A DNA stretch of 64,000 nt from an uncultured Candidatus Saccharibacteria bacterium (GTDB taxonomy: Bacteria; Patescibacteriota; JAQUNI01), in assembly GCA_964555185.1 (NCBI GenBank), contig CAZKRD010000002.1, positions 120,438 to 184,437 on the forward strand, in the 5' to 3' direction. The stretch's first letter is position 1. Each line of letters starts with the position of its first letter. Below, piece by piece: positions 19,183 to 28,409 of the stretch. The notes below the pieces were generated by a model. The model had not been told where the DNA came from, did not search any database, and was given only the letters and a program-made list of their open reading frames with translations. The translations under genes and the position numbers were made by a program.

Positions 19183-20446
19183 TGCGGTTTTTTTTGTTTT
19201 GATAAAGATAAAAGACCATCAAGCCAATAAATAACAAGCCCATAGAGATTAGAACATTCAAGACAATTTGTTTGATCGAGTTATGATAGAACAGAATGAG
19301 AGTAATTTCTAAGACAGTGGCGCAGACCAGGATGTAGATGAATTTGAATTTGTGAATAGAAAGATAGTAATTTAAAAAGACATTGTTTAAAGCCAAGAAA
19401 AACATAGCCAGCCCAACGAGGCCAACCAAATGCGCTATCGACAAATAGGCAGAGCCAAAGAATACGCGCACCAGGATTTTGGGGAAGAGGAAGTAGATTA
19501 AAACCCCGGTCCCGCAGACCAAAGCCACGATTTTTAAGGATTGAGCGAGGAGGTGTTTATGCTCCTCGCCCTTTTTATATTTTTCGGCAACCATCGGAAA
19601 CATCGTCGCAACAATTGCGCCAATTACAAAGAAAATAATCTGGCCGAGTTTAGAGAGAGCAGAATATAGGCCCGCGTCTGTTTCTGTAAAAAAATGTTTG
19701 GCCATAATAATATCAATATTATAGAGCAAGGTAAAGCAAAAAAGTGAAATTAGAACCGGCAGGGCGTAAAGCAGGATTTTTTTGGTCTGCACATTCTTTT
19801 TTGCTCGAAAACGGAAGAGAAACCAGAGGGGCTTAAAAGCCAAGACGAAGACAGCGATACTGGCTGCTAGCATAGCAATTAGCGCGCCATAAACCCTAAA
19901 ACCCAAAAGCAGGAGTATAACCACCAAGGTAGTTTTAATTATCGGCATTACGATCATATTCCAGGCCAAAGACTTAAATTTTTGCAAGCCCCGCAAAACC
20001 CCTTGGACTACTGGGATTAGAAAGGAAAGAAAAACAATTACACCCAATAGAATGATCAATTTTGGCGAAGGGATTTTTAAGAAGCGAGCAAGAGAGGGAG
20101 AGAAGAAACAGAGAATAAAAAAGACAGCGAGGCCAATTAAGGTTAAGTTTTTTAAAAGGTATTTGATCAGATAATGGAGCTCGCCGTATTTTTTGCTGAC
20201 CTTGACATTACTGGCCAGTTTGACGCTGATCATCGAGATCACCCCTGTGGGTACGGCGAGAATGATGTTTAATGAGAGAAGAGAGGCCAAGATGCCATAG
20301 TCACCAGGGCCCAAGATCCGTCCGCTGATCAGATGAAACAAATAATTGCCAATACTTACTGCCATTGATCCTATGAAAAGTATAGAGCTGTTTTTAATCA
20401 GCTTATTAGATTTTAATTTAGAAATTGTGTTTTCTAGAAGAAGCAT
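19151..20446 (-). CDS. wzx: Oligosaccharide flippase (Wzx-like)
   Basis: About 12 TM helices; R.LGP.DYG, NIDIIM, AG.YSA. Confidence 0.85.
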   Translation of the reverse strand: MLLLENTISKLKSNKLIKNSSILFIGSMAVSIGNYLFHLISGRILGPGDYGILASLLSLNIILAVPTGVISMISVKLASNVKVSKKYGELHYLIKYLLKNLTLIGLAVFFILCFFSPSLARFLKIPSPKLIILLGVIVFLSFLIPVVQGVLRGLQKFKSLAWNMIVMPIIKTTLVVILLLLGFRVYGALIAMLAASIAVFVLAFKPLWFLFRFRAKKNVQTKKILLYALPVLISLFCFTLLYNIDIIMAKHFFTETDAGLYSALSKLGQIIFFVIGAIVATMFPMVAEKYKKGEEHKHLLAQSLKIVALVCGTGVLIYFLFPKILVRVFFGSAYLSIAHLVGLVGLAMFFLALNNVFLNYYLSIHKFKFIYILVCATVLEITLILFYHNSIKQIVLNVLISMGLLFIGLMVFYLYQNKKNRNESLNPNPCL

Positions 20447-20458
20447 TTTTAATTCTGT

Positions 20459-21400
20459 TTATTGTTTTTTATTTCTTATTTTTTTAAACCACCCAACTGT
20501 TTCTTTGATTCCCTTTTCTAGGCGGGTTTGCGCCCCCCAATCTAACTCTTTTTGGGCCAAGCTGGAGTCTAGACTTATTTTATCTAGATCACCAGGTCGG
20601 GCTCTAGATAGTTTTGGTTTGATTTTGGTTTTCAATTCTTGATTAATCAGTTCAAAGATTTTCGCGGTTTCAGTTGCCCGGCCCGTACCGATGTTATAGG
20701 CCTTGTTTTTATCAGATGACATTGCTTTCAGATTAGCTCTAACAACGTCATTAACAAAAACATAATCCCTTTTGTTTTTGCCAAAAGCAAAGAGGGCCGG
20801 GGTTTCTCCATTTAGCAATTTATTAATGAAAATAGCAACCACCCCTGCTTCACCCAAAGGGTTTTGATAGGGGCCATAGACATTGGCATAACGCAGGGTG
20901 ATGTAAGGGAATTTATAAAGCTTATAGTAGATCTCAAGGTATTTTTCGGTCGCGTATTTAGAAGCGCCATAACAGGACAGAGGATTGATTGGGTAGGATT
21001 CTTTAACCGGGATTTTGTTGACCTCGCCATAGAGCGCTCCACCAGTGGAGCTGTAAATGAATTTTTTAATTTTGGCTTTATTTGCTTCGCCGATCAAATT
21101 TAAGGAGCCCAAAATGTTTATTTTAGCGTCCAGAATTGGTTTCTGGACAGATTTTCGGACATCAATCTGGGCAGCCAGGTGGAAGATATAGTCAATCTTG
21201 TGTTTTTGAAAAAGCGGTCCGAGATTGCTGTTGATTGTTTTCTTGGCGAAGATGAAGTTTTGATTGCGAGGAGGAAGGTTAGCAAGGGAACCAGTAGAAA
21301 GGTCGTCAATCACAATCACCTTGTGTTTTAATGCAAGCAGTTTTTTGACTAGATTAGAGCCGATAAAACCGGCTCCGCCAGTAACGAGAGAAGTGTTCAT
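20459..21400 (-). CDS. NAD-dependent epimerase (UDP-glucose 4-epimerase-like)
   Basis: GGAGFIGS, HLAAQIDVR.S, YGASK, RYANVYGP, GEAGVV. Confidence 0.9.
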   Translation of the reverse strand: MNTSLVTGGAGFIGSNLVKKLLALKHKVIVIDDLSTGSLANLPPRNQNFIFAKKTINSNLGPLFQKHKIDYIFHLAAQIDVRKSVQKPILDAKINILGSLNLIGEANKAKIKKFIYSSTGGALYGEVNKIPVKESYPINPLSCYGASKYATEKYLEIYYKLYKFPYITLRYANVYGPYQNPLGEAGVVAIFINKLLNGETPALFAFGKNKRDYVFVNDVVRANLKAMSSDKNKAYNIGTGRATETAKIFELINQELKTKIKPKLSRARPGDLDKISLDSSLAQKELDWGAQTRLEKGIKETVGWFKKIRNKKQ

Positions 21401-21420
21401 TTTGTTTTTTATTTAATTAC

Positions 21421-21500
21421 TTGGGGCCCCCGGAAAATTGAAAATTTTCTGGGGTAAAATTTGGGGCCTCCCAGCTCGAATCAAAGATTTGAGCTGGGGT
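21421..21500. repeat. Two tandem REP-like hairpins TTGGGGCC...CTGGGGT
   Basis: 21421-21455 and 21461-21500 share ends but have different self-complementary cores. Confidence 0.7.
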
Positions 21501-21556
21501 ATATTTTTTAATATCAAAATATTCTCCTAAAAAGGAGCTTGTTCTTATCTTACCTT

Positions 21557-21585
21557 ATTTTAGTATTTCAAAGGGCCAAGGTCAA
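21557..21585 (-). promoter_or_regulatory. Sigma70-like promoter of the leftward glycan operon
   Basis: TTGACC-N17-TAAAAT. Confidence 0.6.
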
Positions 21586-21592
21586 CCCTAGT

Positions 21593-21621
21593 TTGACTTT
21601 GTGGTTTTTTTTGATTAGAAT
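21593..21621 (+). promoter_or_regulatory. Sigma70-like promoter (divergent)
   Basis: TTGACT-N17-TAGAAT, 21 nt upstream of ATG 21643. Confidence 0.65.
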
Positions 21622-21642
21622 AAGAGAAGAAAAGTAAAAAAT

Positions 21643-22113
21643 ATGAAAAGGTGCTTGATAATTTTTTTGTTTATTTTGATTCTTTTTTCAGGCTGTAAAC
21701 TGCCTCCCCGGCCCTGGGTCAATAAACGGCCAGCTAGCCCTGAAGGAGTGGTCAATGAGTTTTATGAGTTGTATTTTGATTGTCTTCAAAACGAACAGGT
21801 CACAATGCTGGACACCTGTTTAGAGACTCAAATTGGGCGGCCTTATTTTACCAAACAAAGCAGGGAAAAGGTCGCGAAAGTGGTTTCTAACGAACGCGAG
21901 TCTGATTATGATCCCCTGCTCTGCGCCCGCAATATCCCTACTGGTAGTTATAGTGTGGGGATTGCTTCTATTTCCGGGAATTTGGCTGATTTGGTTGTAA
22001 CTTTTAAGTATAGTCAGGAAGAACACAAGGTTCCAATTAAACTTATTCAGAAAAAAGAGATTTGGAACATAGATGATATTGACTGCTCGGCGTTTTTCAA
22101 ACCAAACAATTAG
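21643..22113 (+). CDS. Lipoprotein, DUF3828/NTF2-like
   Basis: LFSGC lipobox; P..VV.EFY..Y, DPLLCA, W.IDDI. Confidence 0.6.
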   Translation: MKRCLIIFLFILILFSGCKLPPRPWVNKRPASPEGVVNEFYELYFDCLQNEQVTMLDTCLETQIGRPYFTKQSREKVAKVVSNERESDYDPLLCARNIPTGSYSVGIASISGNLADLVVTFKYSQEEHKVPIKLIQKKEIWNIDDIDCSAFFKPNN

Positions 22114-22124
22114 AAAAATTCAAA

Positions 22125-22970
22125 ATGTTTTCTTCAAAACTTCGTAAAATATTTCGTTTGGGTTTTATCGCGGTTTTTGTTTTAATTTTTCTTTTTGTTG
22201 TTTATCAACACACCAACCCTTTTGGCCGGCCGCGGGTTTATGATTATTCGCTGTCGCGAAAAATAAACCGTTTTATCTCTCCTTTGAGGCCAAAGGAACG
22301 CCTCTCCCGGCACTATAAAGATCAAGCTTCCGATTGGGTTAAGGATCTGAAAGGCCCCTTGATTTATTTTGATCTCGGTCCGGTTTCTGCTGATCAGAAG
22401 TTGACTTTGACCATAAAATACAAAGCCGAAGTTTCTGAAATTAGGTTTGGTGAAGTGCTGTCAGCAGGCAAGGATTTAGATTACAGGGCCCACCCTTTCT
22501 ATAATGCTTTTCTCCAGGACTTGGACTGGGAATATGTTGAGAAAGAAGGTGTGTTTTTGTATCAAAAAGAGAAAATTTTTCCGTCTGTAGACGAGTATTT
22601 AACTAATGTTCCAGAAGACAAGGTTAATGCTGTTTATTTTTTTTCCGACCGCCGGATTAAGAATGCTGAAACCTTAACTCATTTTGAGAATCCCTTGGAA
22701 GAGATAGATTATATTGTTACTATTTATAAAAAGGCTCTTTTGGGCGAAGACGGATGGCTCGAAAACACTTATCAATTTGATATGGCCAATGCTTTTATGC
22801 GGGAAGATATGCTTGCTTACCTTTTTAGTATTCCGGAACTTGAAGGCTTAATTATTGCTTCCAACACGGTGATTCCCAAAGTAACGATCAGTCACATTCA
22901 GGTTATTGTTGAGGAGCCGCCGTCCAAATACTGGGTGCGGGCAAAAAAGTTATTCGGAGTAGACCAATAG
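22125..22970 (+). CDS. Hypothetical membrane-anchored protein
   Basis: 281-aa ORF with one N-terminal TM helix. Confidence 0.65.
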   Translation: MFSSKLRKIFRLGFIAVFVLIFLFVVYQHTNPFGRPRVYDYSLSRKINRFISPLRPKERLSRHYKDQASDWVKDLKGPLIYFDLGPVSADQKLTLTIKYKAEVSEIRFGEVLSAGKDLDYRAHPFYNAFLQDLDWEYVEKEGVFLYQKEKIFPSVDEYLTNVPEDKVNAVYFFSDRRIKNAETLTHFENPLEEIDYIVTIYKKALLGEDGWLENTYQFDMANAFMREDMLAYLFSIPELEGLIIASNTVIPKVTISHIQVIVEEPPSKYWVRAKKLFGVDQ

Positions 22971-22980
22971 TTTTTATCAA

Positions 22981-23033
22981 ATTCAAAATTTCACCGATTC
23001 TAGGTGATCACCCGGAATTGGTGGCATGATTCA
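22981..23033. repeat. 53-bp palindromic dispersed repeat, copy 1
   Basis: 51/53 identical to the reverse complement of 46289-46341. Confidence 0.9.
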
Positions 23034-23039
23034 AAAGGC

Positions 23040-23252
23040 ATGATTCCAAATTCCCAATTTAAAAGAAAACTTTTTTATCAAATAATTTATGATCTATTCA
23101 TCATCGCTTTTGTGTTTTATCTGATTTTTATTTGGATTGATCGCGCTTTTAAAGATTATATCAGTCAGTATTTTAATCTTAATATTGTTTTGGTGATTGT
23201 TTTTGTCGCCGGCTTTTTGACCGTGATCCACAGAGCTAAAAAGAAAAAATAA
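23040..23252 (+). CDS. Small 2-TM hypothetical protein
   Basis: Two hydrophobic helices and a basic tail. Confidence 0.6.
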   Translation: MIPNSQFKRKLFYQIIYDLFIIAFVFYLIFIWIDRAFKDYISQYFNLNIVLVIVFVAGFLTVIHRAKKKK

Positions 23253-23264
23253 AAAGCTTCAAAT

Positions 23265-23301
23265 AAAAAATAAAGGCCTTTTCATTAAACCTTTATTTTT
23301 T
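23265..23301. terminator. Bidirectional intrinsic terminator candidate
   Basis: aaaaaataaagg...cctttatttttt between convergent genes. Confidence 0.5.
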
Positions 23302-23710
23302 ATACAGAGGGTTCACCGTATATATTCTTTATTTGGAGAAAAAATTGTTTATTATTTTTTATTTTCTGGGCACGGGCCTCTAAGGGGCAGATGTAAATTT
23401 TTTCTGGCCCCAGGATATCTCTAACCGTGTTTTGAGCGTTTATTTTAATCCTGTTTCTTTTAAGCAGACTTACAGCTGGCTTGGTAGAAACCAAAGTGAT
23501 TACTTGGGAAATTATTTTTGCATAGACAATCAGTTTGGCGGAGGCTAGGCCCACAACCTTATCGTATAGAGTACATCCGTCAAGACGGCCCTTGTATTTA
23601 TTAACACAATCAATAAGTGGTTTTAAATATGGTTGCTTGGAATGATAGATGATTTCCCCATTTTTAATTAAGAGCAGAGAATATTTTTTAAAACAATCAT
23701 AGTCTGGCAT
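23300..23710 (-). CDS. DUF1893 (TM1506-like) protein
   Basis: L.PL, DKVVG.A.A, S.PA, CPLE motifs. Confidence 0.75.
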   Translation of the reverse strand: MPDYDCFKKYSLLLIKNGEIIYHSKQPYLKPLIDCVNKYKGRLDGCTLYDKVVGLASAKLIVYAKIISQVITLVSTKPAVSLLKRNRIKINAQNTVRDILGPEKIYICPLEARAQKIKNNKQFFLQIKNIYGEPSV

Positions 23711-23725
23711 TTTAAGGGATTCCTT

Positions 23726-24268
23726 TTATTTTTTTGAAAGAAGGCCCGAGAGGCATAAATAATGCGCCCCTATCCCCCAAATAATGTTAGAGGCGGCCAG
23801 TGATAAGATTAACCCGATAATGAATCTCATCTCAAGATGGACCAGATAATAGTCAGTAATAATCAGCCAAGGCAGCTGCAGACAGTAAGCAAATAAAACA
23901 GCCAGGAGCAGAGGTAGTTTTAATCGCACAAACAAGCCGACAAAGAAGCCGAGAATAACATTGCCGACCAAGAGATAGGGATTGCTCATTATGATAGCAG
24001 AGTAGATTGAGCCAACAAGTCCTGACAGGGCTCCGCCCTTGGGTCCGTAAATTGCGGCTGCAATAAAAATCGCTAGTTGGAAAAAATGAATTTTAAAACC
24101 CCAAGGGGTAGAGAGATTGAAAAGACCCAATAAATTAGGCAGGACAATTAGAGACAAAAATAGAATCAAATTTTTTCGATTCCATTTAATATCAAAAGAG
24201 ATTTGAGAGCGGGCCCCACACAAAAGCGAAACTTTTGTGGGGTTCACTTTAATATATTCCGCGTTCAT
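23726..24268 (-). CDS. ECF transporter S-component
   Basis: 5-6 TM helices; AA..YGP..G...G..G motif. Confidence 0.7.
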   Translation of the reverse strand: MNAEYIKVNPTKVSLLCGARSQISFDIKWNRKNLILFLSLIVLPNLLGLFNLSTPWGFKIHFFQLAIFIAAAIYGPKGGALSGLVGSIYSAIIMSNPYLLVGNVILGFFVGLFVRLKLPLLLAVLFAYCLQLPWLIITDYYLVHLEMRFIIGLILSLAASNIIWGIGAHYLCLSGLLSKK

Positions 24269-24271
24269 TTG

Positions 24272-24994
24272 TTACTTTAAATATATATGCTTATAGGTTC
24301 TTACTTTTTTTTGCAATTCTTTTTTTTCTTTTTCAACACTATTAATCTCTTTTGTGCCGGTACAGGCTGGATAACGGGAACAGCCGTAGAATGTACTGGA
24401 TCCGCCGCGCGAGGAGCGTTTTTTCATCATTGCTCCGCAGACAGGGCAGGTTACTTCCTCGATAAAATATAGGACCTTAGCGCTCCACATATCCGCCATA
24501 TGGAGGAGGACAGCCAAGGGTTTTATATTTTTGACAAAGTCCTTGAAATTGCTCCAGCCCCCTTCGGCATAGAGCAGGGCGTTAAGTTCGTTATCAGAGA
24601 GACCAATTCCAGAGCGGGCAAGTTCATTTAAGGTCCAGACTTCGGCAGGCAGATCAATGTCTTCCCAGCGCCAGCTATTTTTAGGATCTTCTTTGTAGGT
24701 GACAATTTTGGCAAAATCATGCAGATAGGCGGCTACGATCATTTCTTCTTTGGTAAAGTTAGGTTTCTGATAACTTATGTTATTATAGGGCAAGAATTTA
24801 GCCAGCCGGATCATCGTTTCCAAGACCTCGGTTGTATGCAAAAGGAGTCCGCCCGTGAAGTTATGATGATAGTTTTGAGCCGCGGGCGCGCGGTCAAAAT
24901 CCTTTTTATATTCTTGGGCGAATTTGGCGAGTTTGGTTTTAGCAAGGTGGGCGTATAGATCGAGCATAATTATTACATTGTCCCATTGCTTCAT
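24272..24994 (-). CDS. YhaM-like HD-domain protein with topoisomerase-type C4 zinc ribbon
   Basis: PAA..YHH...GGLL.HT, LHDFAK, HMAD; CPVCG..M...FYGCSRYP.C. Confidence 0.8.
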   Translation of the reverse strand: MKQWDNVIIMLDLYAHLAKTKLAKFAQEYKKDFDRAPAAQNYHHNFTGGLLLHTTEVLETMIRLAKFLPYNNISYQKPNFTKEEMIVAAYLHDFAKIVTYKEDPKNSWRWEDIDLPAEVWTLNELARSGIGLSDNELNALLYAEGGWSNFKDFVKNIKPLAVLLHMADMWSAKVLYFIEEVTCPVCGAMMKKRSSRGGSSTFYGCSRYPACTGTKEINSVEKEKKELQKKVRTYKHIYLK

Positions 24995-25016
24995 TGTTGT
25001 TTTTAAAACAATGAGC

Positions 25017-25367
25017 CTAACAGGTTAAATGGAGACAAGCGACTATGTTTTTATTTTGAGAGGAAAGCTTATTATAAATTTTGACTGCTTTTTTTGTATT
25101 AGAGATAATAACCTTGTCTATTTTTTGTTCGAGTTTATCGGTTAAGATCGGGTCTAGCTGCATTACATTATAATAGCCCGTACCGATGATTAGAATTTCT
25201 GGTTTGATTTCTAAAATTTCTGCAAAATTTTCTAAAACAGGGCGATGGTGATCAGTACAATACCAGACCCTTGTTTTTTCGGGGGAAACAATAAGATCAC
25301 CTTTGGTGTAAGTTTCACCGTTTACAGTAATCTTTCCGAATTGGTAGTCTTCGATAATTCCTCCCAT
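25017..25367 (-). CDS. Mth938-like (DUF498) protein
   Basis: Y.FG.I.VNG, PEILIIGTG, A...YN, HLTC. Confidence 0.85.
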   Translation of the reverse strand: MGGIIEDYQFGKITVNGETYTKGDLIVSPEKTRVWYCTDHHRPVLENFAEILEIKPEILIIGTGYYNVMQLDPILTDKLEQKIDKVIISNTKKAVKIYNKLSSQNKNIVACLHLTC

Positions 25368-25373
25368 TTTAAA

Positions 25374-25413
25374 TTGTTACAGCATTGACCGATCGGTCAG
25401 TTTTGTAACGTTT
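25374..25413. repeat. 40-bp palindromic repeat, intergenic copy
   Basis: 34/40 identical to 42973-43012, with compensatory changes. Confidence 0.85.
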
Positions 25414-25892
25414 TATTTTTTAAACAAGATTCCTCCTAAGGGATGGTAGGTAAAGACAATAAAACAAACCAGGAAAATTAAGAAGAGGAGAGTGATGATG
25501 AGAATAGAGATGCAATTGGGTTGAACCTTAGCAAGATAGTATTCTAAAATTTGGGCGATGATTATAGCCAGAGCCACGCTCAAAGCGCTCAAGGTGAAGC
25601 CTTGAGGGAAAATAAGCATAAAGATTACAACCAGGATCGGGACGGCTACAATCGCGGCAAGTTTGCCAAAAAAGATATTGTCTTGTTCGCCAAATTTGGG
25701 GATCAGGAATTCAATCAAGCCATAGATCAGCACAGCCCAGAAGGCAATTTTGGCAATTTCAAAAATGCTGCCATTATTTGCGCAGAATAATTTAGTTCCG
25801 CCGCAGTAGCGCAGAAAGGAGACCAGAAAGAGGATAATAATCACAGCGAGGATTTTGTAAAGGAGCAGTTTCTTCCGAGATAGTTTTTTCAT
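25413..25892 (-). CDS. Hypothetical membrane protein (DUF6512-like)
   Basis: About 5 TM helices; N.SIFE..K..FW, FTY.P. Confidence 0.6.
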   Translation of the reverse strand: MKKLSRKKLLLYKILAVIIILFLVSFLRYCGGTKLFCANNGSIFEIAKIAFWAVLIYGLIEFLIPKFGEQDNIFFGKLAAIVAVPILVVIFMLIFPQGFTLSALSVALAIIIAQILEYYLAKVQPNCISILIITLLFLIFLVCFIVFTYHPLGGILFKK

Positions 25893-25961
25893 CTTGATTT
25901 GCCCTACCCTCCATTTTTAGGGGATTAACATTCTTTAGTTCTTGTTTAATATCTTATTTAT

Positions 25962-25990
25962 ATTTTAGCAAATATTTAATTGGAAGACAA
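25962..25990 (-). promoter_or_regulatory. Sigma70-like promoter
   Basis: TTGTCT-N17-TAAAAT with TG extension. Confidence 0.5.
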
Positions 25991-26012
25991 TTTTTTGACA
26001 AAACTTAGAAGA

Positions 26013-27308
26013 TTATCTCCCAATCCCGACATAATTAAACCCCATTCTTTTAAGCTCTTTTGGTTTTAGAATGTTGCGGGCGTCTATGATGTTTGGTTTA
26101 CGCATAAGACTTTTTATTTTTTTGAGATTTATTTTTTTAAATTCAGGCCAAGGGGTGGCAATCACAAGAGCATCAGCCCCTTTCGAGCAAGTATAGGGAT
26201 TTTGAGAATAGCGGATTCTACTGCCTAAGATCTTTTTAGCGTTTGAAGCAGCTATTGGATCATAGGCTTGAATTTTCGCTTTGCGCTTTAAGAGGAGGTT
26301 GATAATATCAATTGCCGGGGATTCGCGCACATCATCGGTATTTTCTTTGAAGGAGAGTCCCCAGACGGCAATTTTTTTATTTTGGAGTCTGCCGGCAAGG
26401 GCGTTTTTGATTTTGCTGACCACAATTTCCCGTTGGTGTTTGTTAATTTGCATCGCAGCGTCAATTAATCTAAACCAGTAGCCCCCGGCTTGGGCAAAGT
26501 AATAGAGGGCAGAAACATCTTTCGGAAAACAGGAGCCGCCATAGCCCGGGCCTGCCTGCAGGAATTTTTCACCGATCCGAGAGTCTAAACCAATACCCTT
26601 GGCTACCATTTCCACATCAGCGTCATAGTTGTCGCAGAGATTCGCGATTTCGTTGATAAAGGATATTTTGAGGGCCAAAAAGGAGTTAGCGGCGTATTTA
26701 ATCATTTCTGCTGATTCTAGATTGGTGATTACGATCGGCGCCTTGAATTTCTTGTAGAGTTCTTTCATTATTTTGATCGCGGGGCTTTTCTGATTTTCAA
26801 AGCCTAGGACGATCCGGTCAGGGTGGAGAAAATCATTAATCGCTGTGCCCTCTCTTTGAAATTCAGGGTTAGAGACAACATCAAATCTGCCTTTATAGTT
26901 TTTGCGGATTTCTTTACGGACTAATTTACCCGTACCCACCGGCACGGTGCTTTTATCTACAATTACTTTGTAGTCTTTAAGGTTTTTTCCTAAATCATGA
27001 GCGACCCTTAAGACGTATTTTAAGTCCGCTTTTCCGTTTTGGTCTTGAGGCGTGCCTACGGCAATAAACACAACTTCCGCATCCTTGATTCCTTGGACAA
27101 GCGAGGTAGTGAAAGAGATTCTTTTTGCTTTCAGGTTTCTCCTTAACATTTCCGGCAGGCACTCTTCATAGATAGTAGGGATGCCTTTTTTCAGTTTGGC
27201 GATTTTATTCTTATCCAGATCAACACAGGATACCCTGTGGCCTAAATTGGCAAAACAGACACCTACACCAAGACCGACATAACCGGTACCAATGATTGCT
27301 AACTTCAT
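26013..27308 (-). CDS. ugd: UDP-glucose 6-dehydrogenase
   Basis: GTGYVG, VGTP, KSTVP, NPEF.REG, GYGGSCFPKD, DD.RESP. Confidence 0.95.
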   Translation of the reverse strand: MKLAIIGTGYVGLGVGVCFANLGHRVSCVDLDKNKIAKLKKGIPTIYEECLPEMLRRNLKAKRISFTTSLVQGIKDAEVVFIAVGTPQDQNGKADLKYVLRVAHDLGKNLKDYKVIVDKSTVPVGTGKLVRKEIRKNYKGRFDVVSNPEFQREGTAINDFLHPDRIVLGFENQKSPAIKIMKELYKKFKAPIVITNLESAEMIKYAANSFLALKISFINEIANLCDNYDADVEMVAKGIGLDSRIGEKFLQAGPGYGGSCFPKDVSALYYFAQAGGYWFRLIDAAMQINKHQREIVVSKIKNALAGRLQNKKIAVWGLSFKENTDDVRESPAIDIINLLLKRKAKIQAYDPIAASNAKKILGSRIRYSQNPYTCSKGADALVIATPWPEFKKINLKKIKSLMRKPNIIDARNILKPKELKRMGFNYVGIGR

Positions 27309-27321
27309 TTTTTTAGGGATA

Positions 27322-27469
27322 TAATTTTTAATTTCTAATTTTTAATTCTTAATCAATGTTTAATTTTTAATGATTTAATTTTTAAACAAGATAAGTTAGA
27401 AACAATAGAATGTTTAAAAATTAAAGCATTAAAAATTGATTAAAAACTAAAAATTAAGAATTAAAAATT
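27322..27469. repeat. Heptamer-periodic inverted-repeat element (TTTTTAA/TTAAAAA type)
   Basis: About 65-bp complementary arms around a short spacer; lone right-arm copy at 28382-28411. Confidence 0.75.
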
Positions 27470-27470
27470 G

Positions 27471-28367
27471 TCATTTCGCTCCATGTAATTCCCGATTTCT
27501 GACTAGAGTACTCGCTCGATACAGGGTTTCGGTGATTCCGGCGTCAGTCCACCAGCCGCGGAGGACTTCATATTCCATTAATCCTTTCTTAATATAGTGA
27601 TTATTCACATCAGTAATTTCTAATTCTCCTCTCTCGGAAGGTTTTAAGGTTTTAATTATATCATAAACCCGGCTGTCATACATATAAATACCAGTTACTG
27701 CTAGGTTGGATTTTGGATTTTTTGGTTTCTCCTCAATGCCAACTACTTTACCGTCTTTGATTTCGGCAACGCCGAAGCGCTCTGCGTCAGGCACTTCTTT
27801 CAGGAAGATTCGGGCGCCGCCCTTTTGTTCTTGGAATTTTCGGACCGCTTCCCCAATATTATCTTCAAAGATATTATCTCCCAAAATCACGACAACTTTC
27901 TGGTTATCTGCGAAATTTTTAGTCAAACCTAAAGCTTCGGCAATCCCGCCCGATCCTTGTTGATAGCCGTATTGGAGTTCTTTTAATCCAAATTCCTTGC
28001 CATTACCTAAGAGACGTAAAAAGTCGCCCGGATTATTGCCGCCAGTTACGATCATCACTTTCGAAATTCCTGCTTGGCTTAAAGTTTCCAAGGGGTAATA
28101 AATCATTGGCTTGGTGTAGATCGGCAGAAGGTGTTTGTTGGTCACCTTAGTTGCCGGCAAAAGCCGGGTGCCTGTTCCGCCAGCTAAAATAATCCCTTTG
28201 ATCTCTTGGCCAGCCTCTTCTTTGCGCGATTCCTCTGAACGTAAACGATCGTATTCGGCCATTCCCATCACCACGGTTTTTTCGCCATCATCCCCAATGA
28301 TGATGTGGGTCTTGTTCGTTTTTTTCGTAAGACCCGCGATTTTTCGTGAATTTTTTTTATTAAGCAT
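27471..28367 (-). CDS. rmlA: Glucose-1-phosphate thymidylyltransferase with about 55-aa N-terminal extension
   Basis: GIILAGGTGTRL.P, NKHLLP, LGDN, EKP, RGELEITD. Confidence 0.9.
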   Translation of the reverse strand: MLNKKNSRKIAGLTKKTNKTHIIIGDDGEKTVVMGMAEYDRLRSEESRKEEAGQEIKGIILAGGTGTRLLPATKVTNKHLLPIYTKPMIYYPLETLSQAGISKVMIVTGGNNPGDFLRLLGNGKEFGLKELQYGYQQGSGGIAEALGLTKNFADNQKVVVILGDNIFEDNIGEAVRKFQEQKGGARIFLKEVPDAERFGVAEIKDGKVVGIEEKPKNPKSNLAVTGIYMYDSRVYDIIKTLKPSERGELEITDVNNHYIKKGLMEYEVLRGWWTDAGITETLYRASTLVRNRELHGAK

Positions 28368-28409
28368 GCATTAAAAGGAGTTTAAAAATTAAAAATTAAG
28401 AATTAAAAA

